DNA of 64,000 nucleotides. Origin: an uncultured Gammaproteobacteria bacterium (GTDB taxonomy: Bacteria; Patescibacteriota; Microgenomatia; Daviesbacterales; UBA10151). This document shows positions 17,038 to 26,051 of the stretch, one piece after another. Positions within the stretch are counted from its first letter, which is position 1; every line of letters starts with the position of its first letter. The translations under genes were made by a program, and so were the position numbers. The notes beneath the pieces were generated by a model. The model was given only the letters and a program-made list of their open reading frames with translations, made no database searches and had not been told where the DNA came from. The stretch spans positions 66,177 to 130,176 of the forward strand of contig CAZFYQ010000002.1 of assembly GCA_964523905.1 (NCBI GenBank), written 5' to 3'.

Positions 17038-18200
17038 TTAAATAAACTGACGTTAGGGATTGGAGCACTGTTAGCTAGGATAAAGTTTTGGGCGTATAAA
17101 TAGATGGCTACGGCAATAATCGGCAGAATAATTTTAAATTCCCTACTCGTTAATACTTTTTCAAAAGCAATTAAAACAAATGGGGTAATTGGTAAAATGT
17201 AACGGGAGACGTCACGATGGGCCACAAAAGCGGCGGCGGTTAAATAGGTCAACACAAAAATTGCCATTGGATATAATTTTTTCTTCCATAAAGTCACTCC
17301 GCCTAAAAAGCCTAAAATAAAAATATAAACAATATCCTCCAGCCAAATATCTCCCACCCAGAACTGGTTTTTGTTAAACACCTGAAAAGGTGGAAAAGTT
17401 AAGTGAATATTGTCTCCACTATGAAAGTAGGCCCAAAAATCTCCGTAACTTTGACTGAATAAATAGAATACTGCAAATAATCCTAGAGGAATTAGAAGAA
17501 GGGGAGAGTATTTTATATGGGTTTTCCAGGCTTTGCTAATAGTAAATGGTTTGTTAAGGAGTAATTGCCAATGAAAGTAAATTGCTAGAGCGATGAAAAG
17601 TAAAATCCCCGGGGGCCTGGTAACCTGTGCCAGTAAACCTGCTAACGCGCTATAAATTAAATAAGGGTATTTATTGGAATACTCAAACTTCATGAAAAAA
17701 TATACTGCCAGAATGGTAAAGAAAATAAAAGTTGGCTCAGATGCGCCCACACTATGGACAATTAACCAGCGGGCGGGTAGTAGCAGGAAGATAGTAGCAA
17801 GTAGTAAGGGATGATCGGATAGTTTAAAATCTTTGATTAAAAAGTAAAAGGCCCACACTGCCAAAATAGTAGAACCTAAAGTGATAAATAGCATTGATTT
17901 TAGGAATCCTAAAAAAGGTGCAAAAAGGGCAATTAATAAAGAAAACCCGGGAAAATGCGAGGCAAAGTAACTTGCCGGCAAAGATTGGGGAAGCTGGGCT
18001 ATTAAAGCCGAATTGTAAAAAGTTTTGGCAATAATTACATATTCCAAACCGTCAAAATTGCGATATATTGTGGCAAAGCCATTAGAAAAATTTAACCCCC
18101 AGAAATTTGGTAAAGCAAGTAGATGTGGTAGCCAAACTAAAAAAGTTACTGCTAAAACTAGTCCTAGTAAAATCCCCAGGTCTTTCGTTGTTTTGTGCAT
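17034..18200 (-). CDS. Polytopic membrane protein, putative GT-C mannosyltransferase-like (PIG-V/GT76-like).
   Basis: It is 388 aa with about 10 TM helices. The motif LLAQVTRPPGILLFIAL resembles 52125..53282 (AATRIFGILLLPAIL). Confidence 0.35.
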   Translation of the reverse strand: MHKTTKDLGILLGLVLAVTFLVWLPHLLALPNFWGLNFSNGFATIYRNFDGLEYVIIAKTFYNSALIAQLPQSLPASYFASHFPGFSLLIALFAPFLGFLKSMLFITLGSTILAVWAFYFLIKDFKLSDHPLLLATIFLLLPARWLIVHSVGASEPTFIFFTILAVYFFMKFEYSNKYPYLIYSALAGLLAQVTRPPGILLFIALAIYFHWQLLLNKPFTISKAWKTHIKYSPLLLIPLGLFAVFYLFSQSYGDFWAYFHSGDNIHLTFPPFQVFNKNQFWVGDIWLEDIVYIFILGFLGGVTLWKKKLYPMAIFVLTYLTAAAFVAHRDVSRYILPITPFVLIAFEKVLTSREFKIILPIIAVAIYLYAQNFILANSAPIPNVSLFN

Positions 18201-18225
18201 AATTTGATGTTAGCATATTACAAGA

Positions 18226-20358
18226 ATGATTAAAAACCTCTCGGTGTTTTTCCCGGTGTTTAATGAGGAAGGAAATATTGCTACCACGGTTGGTAAAGCG
18301 CTGGCTGTTTTGGAAAAATTAAACCTGGAACAATGTGAAGTAATTATCGTAAATGACGGCTCTACTGATGGAACCCAAAAAGTAGCCGATGAGTTGGCCA
18401 AGAAAAATTCCAGGGTGAGGGTGATTCATCATCCCAAAAATTTAGGCTATGGCGAGGCTTTAAAATCCGGTTTTTATAATGCCAAATATGAGGTAATTGT
18501 CTATACTGACGGTGATGGGCAGTTTGACTTTGCCGAAGTTTCTAAATTCCTGGAAAAAATTGAAACTGCAGATCTGGTGATTGGTCATCGCATCAAAAGA
18601 CAGGATCCACTTTTTCGGCTGTTATTTAAAGAAGGTTGGAAATTATCTTTGTTTGTAATTTTTAGATTAACTTTAAAAGATGTGGACTGTGGTTTTAAGA
18701 TGGTAAGACGCCAGGCTTTAGAAAAAATTTCTCACTTAGAATCTAGCCGGGGAGCGATGATCAATGCTGAACTGGCTATTAAAATTAAAAAAGCTCATTT
18801 AAGAACCGCTCAAGTGGGAGTTAATCATTATCCCAGGCTGTCTGGTAAACCAACTGGGGCCAATATTAATGTGATTTTTAAATCTTACTTAGATTTAGTG
18901 AAGTTATGGTGGAAATTAAAAACCGACAAAATGATTTCTGCCCTTATTATTTTGGTACTGATGCTGGCAGCTTTCCTGCGGCTTTACCAGATAGATCATT
19001 ATATGATCTTTCTGGGAGATGAAGGACGGGATGCGGTGATTGTGAAAGCGCTGGTGACAGGAGAGCATTATCCCCTAATTGGTCCACCTACATCAGTAGG
19101 AAATATTTATTTAGGACCAATGTATTACTACATGATGGCCATTCCAATGACCATTTTTTATCTAAATCCAGTGGCGGCATCAAGTATGGATGGGTTAATT
19201 GGAGTTTTTACTGTGGCTTTAATTTATCTTTTGGGGAAAATGTGGTTTGATAAAAAATCCGCTTTAGTGGCAGCTTTTCTATATGCCATTTCCCCTGTGA
19301 CCATCAGTTACAGCAATTTTTCCTGGAATCCCAATCCCCTGCCGTTTTTTTCCTTGATTTCTATTTTTAGTTTATACAAAATTCATCAAACCAAAAACTT
19401 TAATTGGCTGATATTAACCGGGTTGTCTTTGGCAGCGGCAGTGCAAATGCATTATCTGGCTTTGATTTTAATTCCGATTGCCGGGATACTTTGGTTAATG
19501 GAAATTATCCGCTACAAAAATTTAAATCATCTGATTTCCGGAACTTTGTTAGGGCTGGTGGCGTTTTTGCTTTTAATGTCTCCCCTGTTTTTGTTTGATT
19601 TAAAACATGACTTTATGAATGCCCGGTCAGTAAATCAGCTGTTTACAGGAACAACTTTTAAAGGAAATCTGCTGGATAATTTTTTAAGAATTCCTGATAT
19701 TTTTAACAATAAATTAATTGGCAGGTACATGGCCGGAGGAAATTTTTATCTGGCAGTAGTGATGTCAATTTTAGTAATTGCCGGGTTAATAGTTAACAGT
19801 GGTTGGCCTCTGTTAGCCTTAGGGATTTGGCTGGGGGTAGGGATTTTTTTGCTGTCTTTTTATCAGCAAAGTATTTATGATCATTACCTGGGATTTTTAA
19901 ATCCGGCACCATATCTTTTATTTGGATCACTTTTCTACAAAAGGAAATGGATGATGGCTTTGCCTTTGGCTGGACTACTACTGATATTAACCATTGTTAA
20001 TTTTCAAAAAAATCCTTTAAATAACCCTCCGAATAATCAGTTGCAAAGAACCAAAAATGTGGCTGGTTTTATCATCAGCAGGTCTGGGGAGCAGCCGTTT
20101 AATTTTGCTTTAATTGCCAAAAGCAATTATGATCCGGCTTATCAGTATTATTTAGATCTCTACGGACATAAGCCTTTGGTTTTGCCCACTGCAAAAGCTC
20201 AGCAATTATTTGTAGTGTGTGAAGATGCCCTGTGTGATCCAACACATAGTCCCAAATATGAAATCGCGGCCTTTGGCTATACAAAAATAGACTGGGAGCA
20301 GGATTTTGCCGGAGTTAAAATATACCGGCTGATTGCAAATCCCGGAGGTAAGCCTTGA
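18226..20358 (+). CDS. Fusion protein. The N-terminal part is a Dpm1/GtrB-like GT2 polyprenyl-phosphate sugar synthase. The C-terminal part is a GT-C (ArnT-like) membrane glycosyltransferase domain.
   Basis: Residues 1-230 read FFPVFNEEGNI...VNDGSTDGT...YTDGDGQF. Residues 235-710 are polytopic and carry the LGDEGRD loop motif. Confidence 0.65.
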   Translation: MIKNLSVFFPVFNEEGNIATTVGKALAVLEKLNLEQCEVIIVNDGSTDGTQKVADELAKKNSRVRVIHHPKNLGYGEALKSGFYNAKYEVIVYTDGDGQFDFAEVSKFLEKIETADLVIGHRIKRQDPLFRLLFKEGWKLSLFVIFRLTLKDVDCGFKMVRRQALEKISHLESSRGAMINAELAIKIKKAHLRTAQVGVNHYPRLSGKPTGANINVIFKSYLDLVKLWWKLKTDKMISALIILVLMLAAFLRLYQIDHYMIFLGDEGRDAVIVKALVTGEHYPLIGPPTSVGNIYLGPMYYYMMAIPMTIFYLNPVAASSMDGLIGVFTVALIYLLGKMWFDKKSALVAAFLYAISPVTISYSNFSWNPNPLPFFSLISIFSLYKIHQTKNFNWLILTGLSLAAAVQMHYLALILIPIAGILWLMEIIRYKNLNHLISGTLLGLVAFLLLMSPLFLFDLKHDFMNARSVNQLFTGTTFKGNLLDNFLRIPDIFNNKLIGRYMAGGNFYLAVVMSILVIAGLIVNSGWPLLALGIWLGVGIFLLSFYQQSIYDHYLGFLNPAPYLLFGSLFYKRKWMMALPLAGLLLILTIVNFQKNPLNNPPNNQLQRTKNVAGFIISRSGEQPFNFALIAKSNYDPAYQYYLDLYGHKPLVLPTAKAQQLFVVCEDALCDPTHSPKYEIAAFGYTKIDWEQDFAGVKIYRLIANPGGKP

Positions 20359-20359
20359 T

Positions 20360-20419
20360 TGTCACCCTGAACGCAGTGAAGGGTATAATCTTATATTCTT
20401 CGCTTTGCTCAGAATGACA
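20360..20419. repeat. Imperfect inverted repeat of about 60 nt, with 28-nt arms and TATAAT in and around the loop. The two arms are inverted copies of the GTCAYY..GAG..AGYGAAG element.
   Basis: The arm tgtcaccctgaacgcagtgaagggtata (20360..20387) pairs with the arm 20392..20419 (tatattcttcgctttgctcagaatgaca). There are 20 Watson-Crick and 4 G-U pairs out of 28. Confidence 0.45.
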
Positions 20420-20430
20420 AGGAATAAAAC

Positions 20431-21153
20431 ATGACTAAATTATCAGTAGTAATACCTTCTTATAACGAATCGAAGAACTTAAAAAACGGATCTTTGGATC
20501 AGGTGAAAGATTATCTTAAACAAAGTAAATTAAGCTATGAAATAATTATAGTAGATGATGGTTCCACAGATGCCTCAGTGGATTTAATAAAAAAATACCC
20601 TTTTCGTTTAATTCAAAATTCTCATGGTGGTAAAGCCATGGCAGTAATGACCGGTATGGAAAAAGCGACTGGTGACATCGTGCTGTTTACTGACATGGAC
20701 CAAGCCACTCCAATTAATCAGCTGGATAAATTCCTACCCAAATTTGAGGAGGGTTTTGATATTGTGATTGGTTCCCGAAGTGGCAGAAAAGGCGCCCCTT
20801 TTATCCGTAAATTATCGGCTTGGGGATTTTCAGTTTTAAGACGACTTATTTTAGGACTGCCTTTTTCCGATACTCAATGTGGTTTCAAAGCTTTCGACCA
20901 AAAAGCTATTAAAAAAATTATTCCTAGAATCAAAGGGGAGTGGGGAGTACTTCATTCTAAAACAGGAGCAGTAAATGCTGGTTTTGATGTAGAACTTTTA
21001 TACCTAGCCAAAAAATATGGCTTTAAAATTGCCGAAGTCCCCGTAGAATGGAACTATGTTGACACCGAGCGCGTCCAAGTAGTCAAAGATGCCGCGGCCG
21101 CCATCTATGACATGTTCCGCATTAGAATTAATGATCTTAAAGGAAAATACTAG
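20431..21153 (+). CDS. GT2 polyprenyl-phosphate sugar synthase (Dpm1/GtrB-like).
   Basis: It reads VVIPSYNESKNL...IIIVDDGSTDAS...FTDMDQAT and is 240 aa. Confidence 0.7.
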   Translation: MTKLSVVIPSYNESKNLKNGSLDQVKDYLKQSKLSYEIIIVDDGSTDASVDLIKKYPFRLIQNSHGGKAMAVMTGMEKATGDIVLFTDMDQATPINQLDKFLPKFEEGFDIVIGSRSGRKGAPFIRKLSAWGFSVLRRLILGLPFSDTQCGFKAFDQKAIKKIIPRIKGEWGVLHSKTGAVNAGFDVELLYLAKKYGFKIAEVPVEWNYVDTERVQVVKDAAAAIYDMFRIRINDLKGKY

Positions 21154-21207
21154 TATTGGGGATTTGTTGGGCTTGCCTAGTGGGCTTTGGGGACGTACAA
21201 TAAGTAG

Positions 21208-22719
21208 GTGGATTTTGTACGCAAAAATATTCTAAGTATTTCTGTTCTGTTGGGTTTAATTGCTGCCTATTTTCTAATTCGTATTCCTCATTTAACCTTA
21301 CAGCCGATTTTTGCTGATGAGGCCATCTACATCCGCTGGGCTCAGGTTATGAAATCTGAACCTACTTTGCGCTTTATTTCTTTATCCGATGGCAAAACCC
21401 CCTTATTTATGTGGCTAATGATTCCTTTATTTAAAGTAATTCATGATCCTTTAATGGCCGGCCGATTTTTATCAGTGATTTCCGGTTTTTTTACCTTGAT
21501 CGGGGTACTTTTATTAACCCGTAAAGTATTTGGTAGAAATGCCGCATTTTGGGCAGGACTTTTATATGTAATTACACCATACACTGTATTTTTTGATAGG
21601 ATGGCGCTGGTTGATTCTATGGAGTCCACCTTTACTGTCTGGATAATTTATCTGGCAATTTTGGTGGTGCAAAAAATGCGCTGGGATTTGGCCATGATAC
21701 TGGGATATTTACTGGGTGGTGTAGTGTTAACCAAAACCCCGGGAATGTTAAACAGTTTAATACTGCCGGTCTCCATCTTCGGATTCACACGGATTAAAAC
21801 GGATAAATATCGATTGCTACGGCTACTGTTGTTGTGGGCAGTAGCAATTGCCATCGCCTTAGTCATGTATAACATGCTGCGCCTGGGTCCGAATTTTCAA
21901 TCCTTATCTTCCCGCAATGCTGATTATGTTTTCTCACCGTTTGAACTAATGGGTAGACCGCTTGATCCATTTATTCCCCATTTTCATGACATTTCCGATT
22001 GGTTTCCCAAATTACTAACTTGGCCGGTGTTGGGACTTTTGGCAATTGGTTTATGGTTTCTTATTAAGAGTAAAAACAAACTGGGTTGGATGGTACTTTT
22101 GTGGGCATTGATACCAATGTTATTGTCAATGGCGTTTTTAAAAACCTTTACTGCTAGATATTTATTAACGTCTATTGCTCCGCTTTTGGTAATCGCCAGT
22201 TTTGGTGCTGCGGAATTACTGAAGATGATAAAGATACCAAATGTCGCAAAAGTCGCTGTAGTCGCAATAGTCGTGGGAGTATTGCCGCTGTGGTTTGATT
22301 TACAGTTAATTAACAATCCTCCCCCACCCAGTTTACCTAGAGAAGAAAGCCGGGGATATTTTGAAGAGTGGACTGCAGGATATGGTTTTAAACAAATTGC
22401 CAATTATTTAATTGCCCAAAAAGCTAAAGGATCGGTAGTGGTCGGGACTGATGGATATTTTGGTACTTTGCCGGATGGCTTATATATTTATTTGGATAAA
22501 GCTAATATCTCAATAGTTGGTGGGACCGGTACTATTTCTGCGAAGCTTCGCAACTCTGCCAAAGATCACCAAACCTATTATGTTGGTAATAAATTGGAAG
22601 TAGCAAAATCTGCTAAAAATTTATCTGAAATTATGGAATTTCCTAAAACTAGATCGTTAGATACTGGTTTACAAGATGCCACAGTGTTATGGCAAGTTTT
22701 ACCAATCAATGAAAAATAA
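21208..22719 (+). CDS. Divergent PMT/ArnT-like GT-C membrane glycosyltransferase with a GTG start.
   Basis: The DE loop is IFADEAIYIRWAQ. The protein is polytopic and 503 aa. Confidence 0.45.
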   Translation: MDFVRKNILSISVLLGLIAAYFLIRIPHLTLQPIFADEAIYIRWAQVMKSEPTLRFISLSDGKTPLFMWLMIPLFKVIHDPLMAGRFLSVISGFFTLIGVLLLTRKVFGRNAAFWAGLLYVITPYTVFFDRMALVDSMESTFTVWIIYLAILVVQKMRWDLAMILGYLLGGVVLTKTPGMLNSLILPVSIFGFTRIKTDKYRLLRLLLLWAVAIAIALVMYNMLRLGPNFQSLSSRNADYVFSPFELMGRPLDPFIPHFHDISDWFPKLLTWPVLGLLAIGLWFLIKSKNKLGWMVLLWALIPMLLSMAFLKTFTARYLLTSIAPLLVIASFGAAELLKMIKIPNVAKVAVVAIVVGVLPLWFDLQLINNPPPPSLPREESRGYFEEWTAGYGFKQIANYLIAQKAKGSVVVGTDGYFGTLPDGLYIYLDKANISIVGGTGTISAKLRNSAKDHQTYYVGNKLEVAKSAKNLSEIMEFPKTRSLDTGLQDATVLWQVLPINEK

Positions 22720-24346
22720 TTTACTGGCTTTAGTATTTTTAATTGTAATAACCATTCCAACATTACTGCCTTTTTTTAACGCCAGATTTTTTTATACTCA
22801 AGATTATATTTTTATTGCCCGTTTGCAACAAATGAGTACGGCTTTAGCTGACGGACAATTTCCGGTTCGCTGGGCTCCGGATTTGCGTTTTGGTGAGCCG
22901 ACTTTTAATTATTATGCTCCGTTTCCTTATTATATTGGCGCGTTAGTGCATCTTTTAGGAATTAACTATATCTGGACTGCCAAAATTTTATTTATGTTGG
23001 GCAGTATCTTGTCCGCCTTTGCAATGTATTTTTTCATCAAAGAATTATTAGGTCAAAAAGCCGGCCTGGTGTCGGCAGTGTTATATACATATGCGCCTTA
23101 CCGGGCAGTTGATATTTATGTTCGAGGATCTTTATCAGAGACCTGGGCTTTTATTTTTTTTCCTTTAATTTTTTATTATTGCCTAAAGATTGTAAAACAA
23201 ACTAGTTTAAAAAACGCTACCTTACTGGCTTTATCATTGGCCGGATTATTTTTAACACATAATGTGACTACCCTAATGTTTGCTCCTTTTTTAATTTTTT
23301 GGATGGGGTATTTAATTTGGCATTATCGTAATTTTAAAAGCCTGCTTTATTTTATTAAAGCTTTGGTTTTGGCTGTGGGACTGTCTGCCTTTTTTTTGTT
23401 GCCGGCTTTTTTGGAAAGAAATTTTATTCAGACCAAATATTTAACTGTTGGTTATTTTAATTTCCGGGCTCATTTTGTGGCAGTGCAGCAATTTTTCTCT
23501 TTATTTTGGGGATATGGTTCCTCTGTCTGGGGACCAGAAGATGGATTATCTTTTCAAGTGGGTTTAATTAATTGGTTAATTGTAGCAGCTGGAATAGTAG
23601 TGGGATTTATCAGCCGCAAAGACAAAAAAACTTTGGGGTTATTAATTTTTCTGGCAGTCAGTTTAGCTTTTTCAGTTTTTTTACAGCATAACAAATCAGC
23701 TTTTGTTTGGGAGGCATTTTCTTTAATGGCTTTTATTCAATTTCCCTGGCGGTTTTTGGCGATCTCCATTTTTATTGCGGCAATTGCCGGAGGAGTAATT
23801 ACGCCCATTTTCAAAAGCAAACAAAATATTTTTCTAGCGGTGATTATTATTGCCTCAATTGCGGCTACTTTTAATTATTTTAAGCCCAAAGAATATTCTG
23901 ATGACTCATTTTTTGATAAGTTTGTTAATGTTAGTAAAATGCATCAAGGCGTTGATTTAACTAAGGATTATCTACCAATTTGGGCGGAAAATACTGATAT
24001 CCCATTTTTCGAAACACTAAATGCTGTAAGCGGTAATATTTCGGTAACCGATATCAATAAAAGATCTACCTCCTTAACTGCTAAGATTAAAACTATCGAG
24101 GATAGTGAAGTTGTGGCTCCGATTACTTATTTCCCTGGTTGGCATGTTTTGGCTAATGGGCAGTCAGTTGCCGCTACTCCGGCCCCTCACACTGGTTTGA
24201 TTACGTTTAAATTACCAAAAGGGGAGTACAATGTAGCTATTGCCCTAACTGATACACCAATTCGGGTAATTGGTAACTGGGCCTCGCTATTTTCACTGGT
24301 GGTGGCAGCTGGATTTTTATTGATCGGTAAAAGATATTCCAAATGA
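22709..24346 (+). CDS. Large uncharacterised polytopic membrane protein (family A). It may be a GT-C or YfhO-like protein.
   Basis: It is about 545 aa with the conserved block FPVRWAPDLRFGEPTFNYYAPFPYYIGALVHLLG. The likely ATG is at 22709. Confidence 0.45.
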   Translation: MKNNLLALVFLIVITIPTLLPFFNARFFYTQDYIFIARLQQMSTALADGQFPVRWAPDLRFGEPTFNYYAPFPYYIGALVHLLGINYIWTAKILFMLGSILSAFAMYFFIKELLGQKAGLVSAVLYTYAPYRAVDIYVRGSLSETWAFIFFPLIFYYCLKIVKQTSLKNATLLALSLAGLFLTHNVTTLMFAPFLIFWMGYLIWHYRNFKSLLYFIKALVLAVGLSAFFLLPAFLERNFIQTKYLTVGYFNFRAHFVAVQQFFSLFWGYGSSVWGPEDGLSFQVGLINWLIVAAGIVVGFISRKDKKTLGLLIFLAVSLAFSVFLQHNKSAFVWEAFSLMAFIQFPWRFLAISIFIAAIAGGVITPIFKSKQNIFLAVIIIASIAATFNYFKPKEYSDDSFFDKFVNVSKMHQGVDLTKDYLPIWAENTDIPFFETLNAVSGNISVTDINKRSTSLTAKIKTIEDSEVVAPITYFPGWHVLANGQSVAATPAPHTGLITFKLPKGEYNVAIALTDTPIRVIGNWASLFSLVVAAGFLLIGKRYSK

Positions 24347-26051
24347 AAGATTTTTTAATTAAACACAAAGAGTTTTTACTGGGACTACTTTTGACTTTAA
24401 GTTTACTGTGGCCGCTGATGGCCGGCCCTTATTTTACCCATCATGACGATGTGCAAGTGATTAGGTTGTATGAGATGGATAAGTGTTTTAAGGATCATCA
24501 AATCCCTTGTCGTTGGGTGCCGGATTTGGGAGGACTGTATGGCTATCCGATTTTTAATTATTACGCACCAATGCCTATTATTTTGGAGAGTTAATTTATT
24601 TTCTAACTCATAGCTTGCTTGTTTCTGCCAAGGTGATGTTTGGGGTAAGTTTCATAGGTGCATATGTATTTATGTATCTTTTAGCTAGAAAATTCTGGGG
24701 TAATTTAGGAGGCGTCCTATCAGCCATTTTTTATAGTTTTGCGCCGTATCATAGTGTGGATTTTTATGTCAGAGGTGCAATGGGGGAAATGTGGGCCCTA
24801 ATGTTTTTTCCAGCCATTTTTTGGGCTTTAGCCCGGATGGAGGAAAATCCCAGTTTAGTTAATTTGGTACTTTTGGCACTAATGCAAGGACTGTTAATTG
24901 TTTCGCACAATTTATCAGCGATGCTGTTTTTACCAATTTGTTTGGTGTGGATGGTATTTTTGTATTTTAGAAACAAAAAGAAAAAATTTATTTGGTTTTC
25001 TTTTTTAGGATTTGTCCTGGGAATTTTACTTTCTTCTTTTTATCTTTTCCCAATGCTTTTTGAAAAACAATTAGTGCATGTTGATACCACCACCATTGGT
25101 TATTTCCACTATACCGAACATTTCAAGGGCTTAAAAAAATTATTCATTGAACGCACTTGGGGTTGGGGATCATCGGTTCGAGAAGTGCCGGGTGGAGAAA
25201 AAGACGGATTATCTTTCCAAATCGGCTGGGTGCATTTAGCAGCCTGGGCTTTGGCGCTTTTAACGGCTTTTTTATTATGGAAGAAGCAAAAATGGTTTAG
25301 TATCCTAATTATCTTAAGTACAGTAGCCACTTTATTTTCTGTATTTATGATACATCCTCGTTCGGAATTTATCTGGCGAGCAATTGATCCTTTAAAATAT
25401 ATCCAATTTCCCTGGAGATTTTTGATGCTAATTATATTTTTTATCTGTTTTACTTCCGGAAGTTTTATATTAACCAATCTTAAATTTAAAAAAATAATTT
25501 GGTGGGGGCTGATTATTTTAGTGGTCATACTTAACTTTTCTTATTTTGTTCCGGAAAAAATCATTCAAACAACTGACGCTATGCGGCTATCAGATGGTGA
25601 TTTTACCAACCAAATTAACCGTTCTATTTTTGATTATTTACCAATTTATGCTAAGGCTCCTCCAGGGGCACTGGCTGATAAAAGATATGAACTGCTAACC
25701 GGTGACTCAACAGTATTTAATTTTTATGAGGGTACCAACTGGATTAGTTTTGATACTTACACCCAAACACATACTATTATTCGTTTGTCACAGTATTATT
25801 TCCCGGACTGGAAGATTTTTGTTGACGGAAAAGAAACCATGATTGATTACCAAAATAACCCGCTTGGTTTAATGACGATTATTTTAGGCGAAGGAAATCA
25901 CCAGGTCAGAGCCAGGTTATATGATACGCCGGTCCGGTCAATTTCCAATTGGCTATCAGTTGCCACCATGTTAGCGCTTTTGACAATCTATATTATTAGT
26001 TTTAAAAAAGTCCGCAAATGGATTGCTTATTACCGGAAGGGGATTAATTAA
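24343..26051 (+). pseudogene. Frameshifted paralog of 22709..24346, split into an 83-aa N-terminal piece and a 478-aa piece.
   Basis: Frame 1 reads ...FNYYAPMPIILES* with the stop at 24592..24594. Frame 3 continues from about 24576 as YYFGELIYFLTHSLLVSAKVMFGVSF. The two pieces align collinearly to the upstream paralog across the break. Confidence 0.55.

Noticed and set aside
18025-18401. Small ORFs of 60 and 63 aa around the 18201..18225 divergent gap.
   Set aside because: They overlap the starts of two large, well-supported genes on opposite strands. They are more likely noise than real genes.
21441-22403. Three minus-strand ORFs (62, 75 and 139 aa) inside the 21208..22719 membrane-protein gene.
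   Set aside because: They are antisense to a long hydrophobic ORF. AT-rich coding sequence often yields such antisense ORFs.
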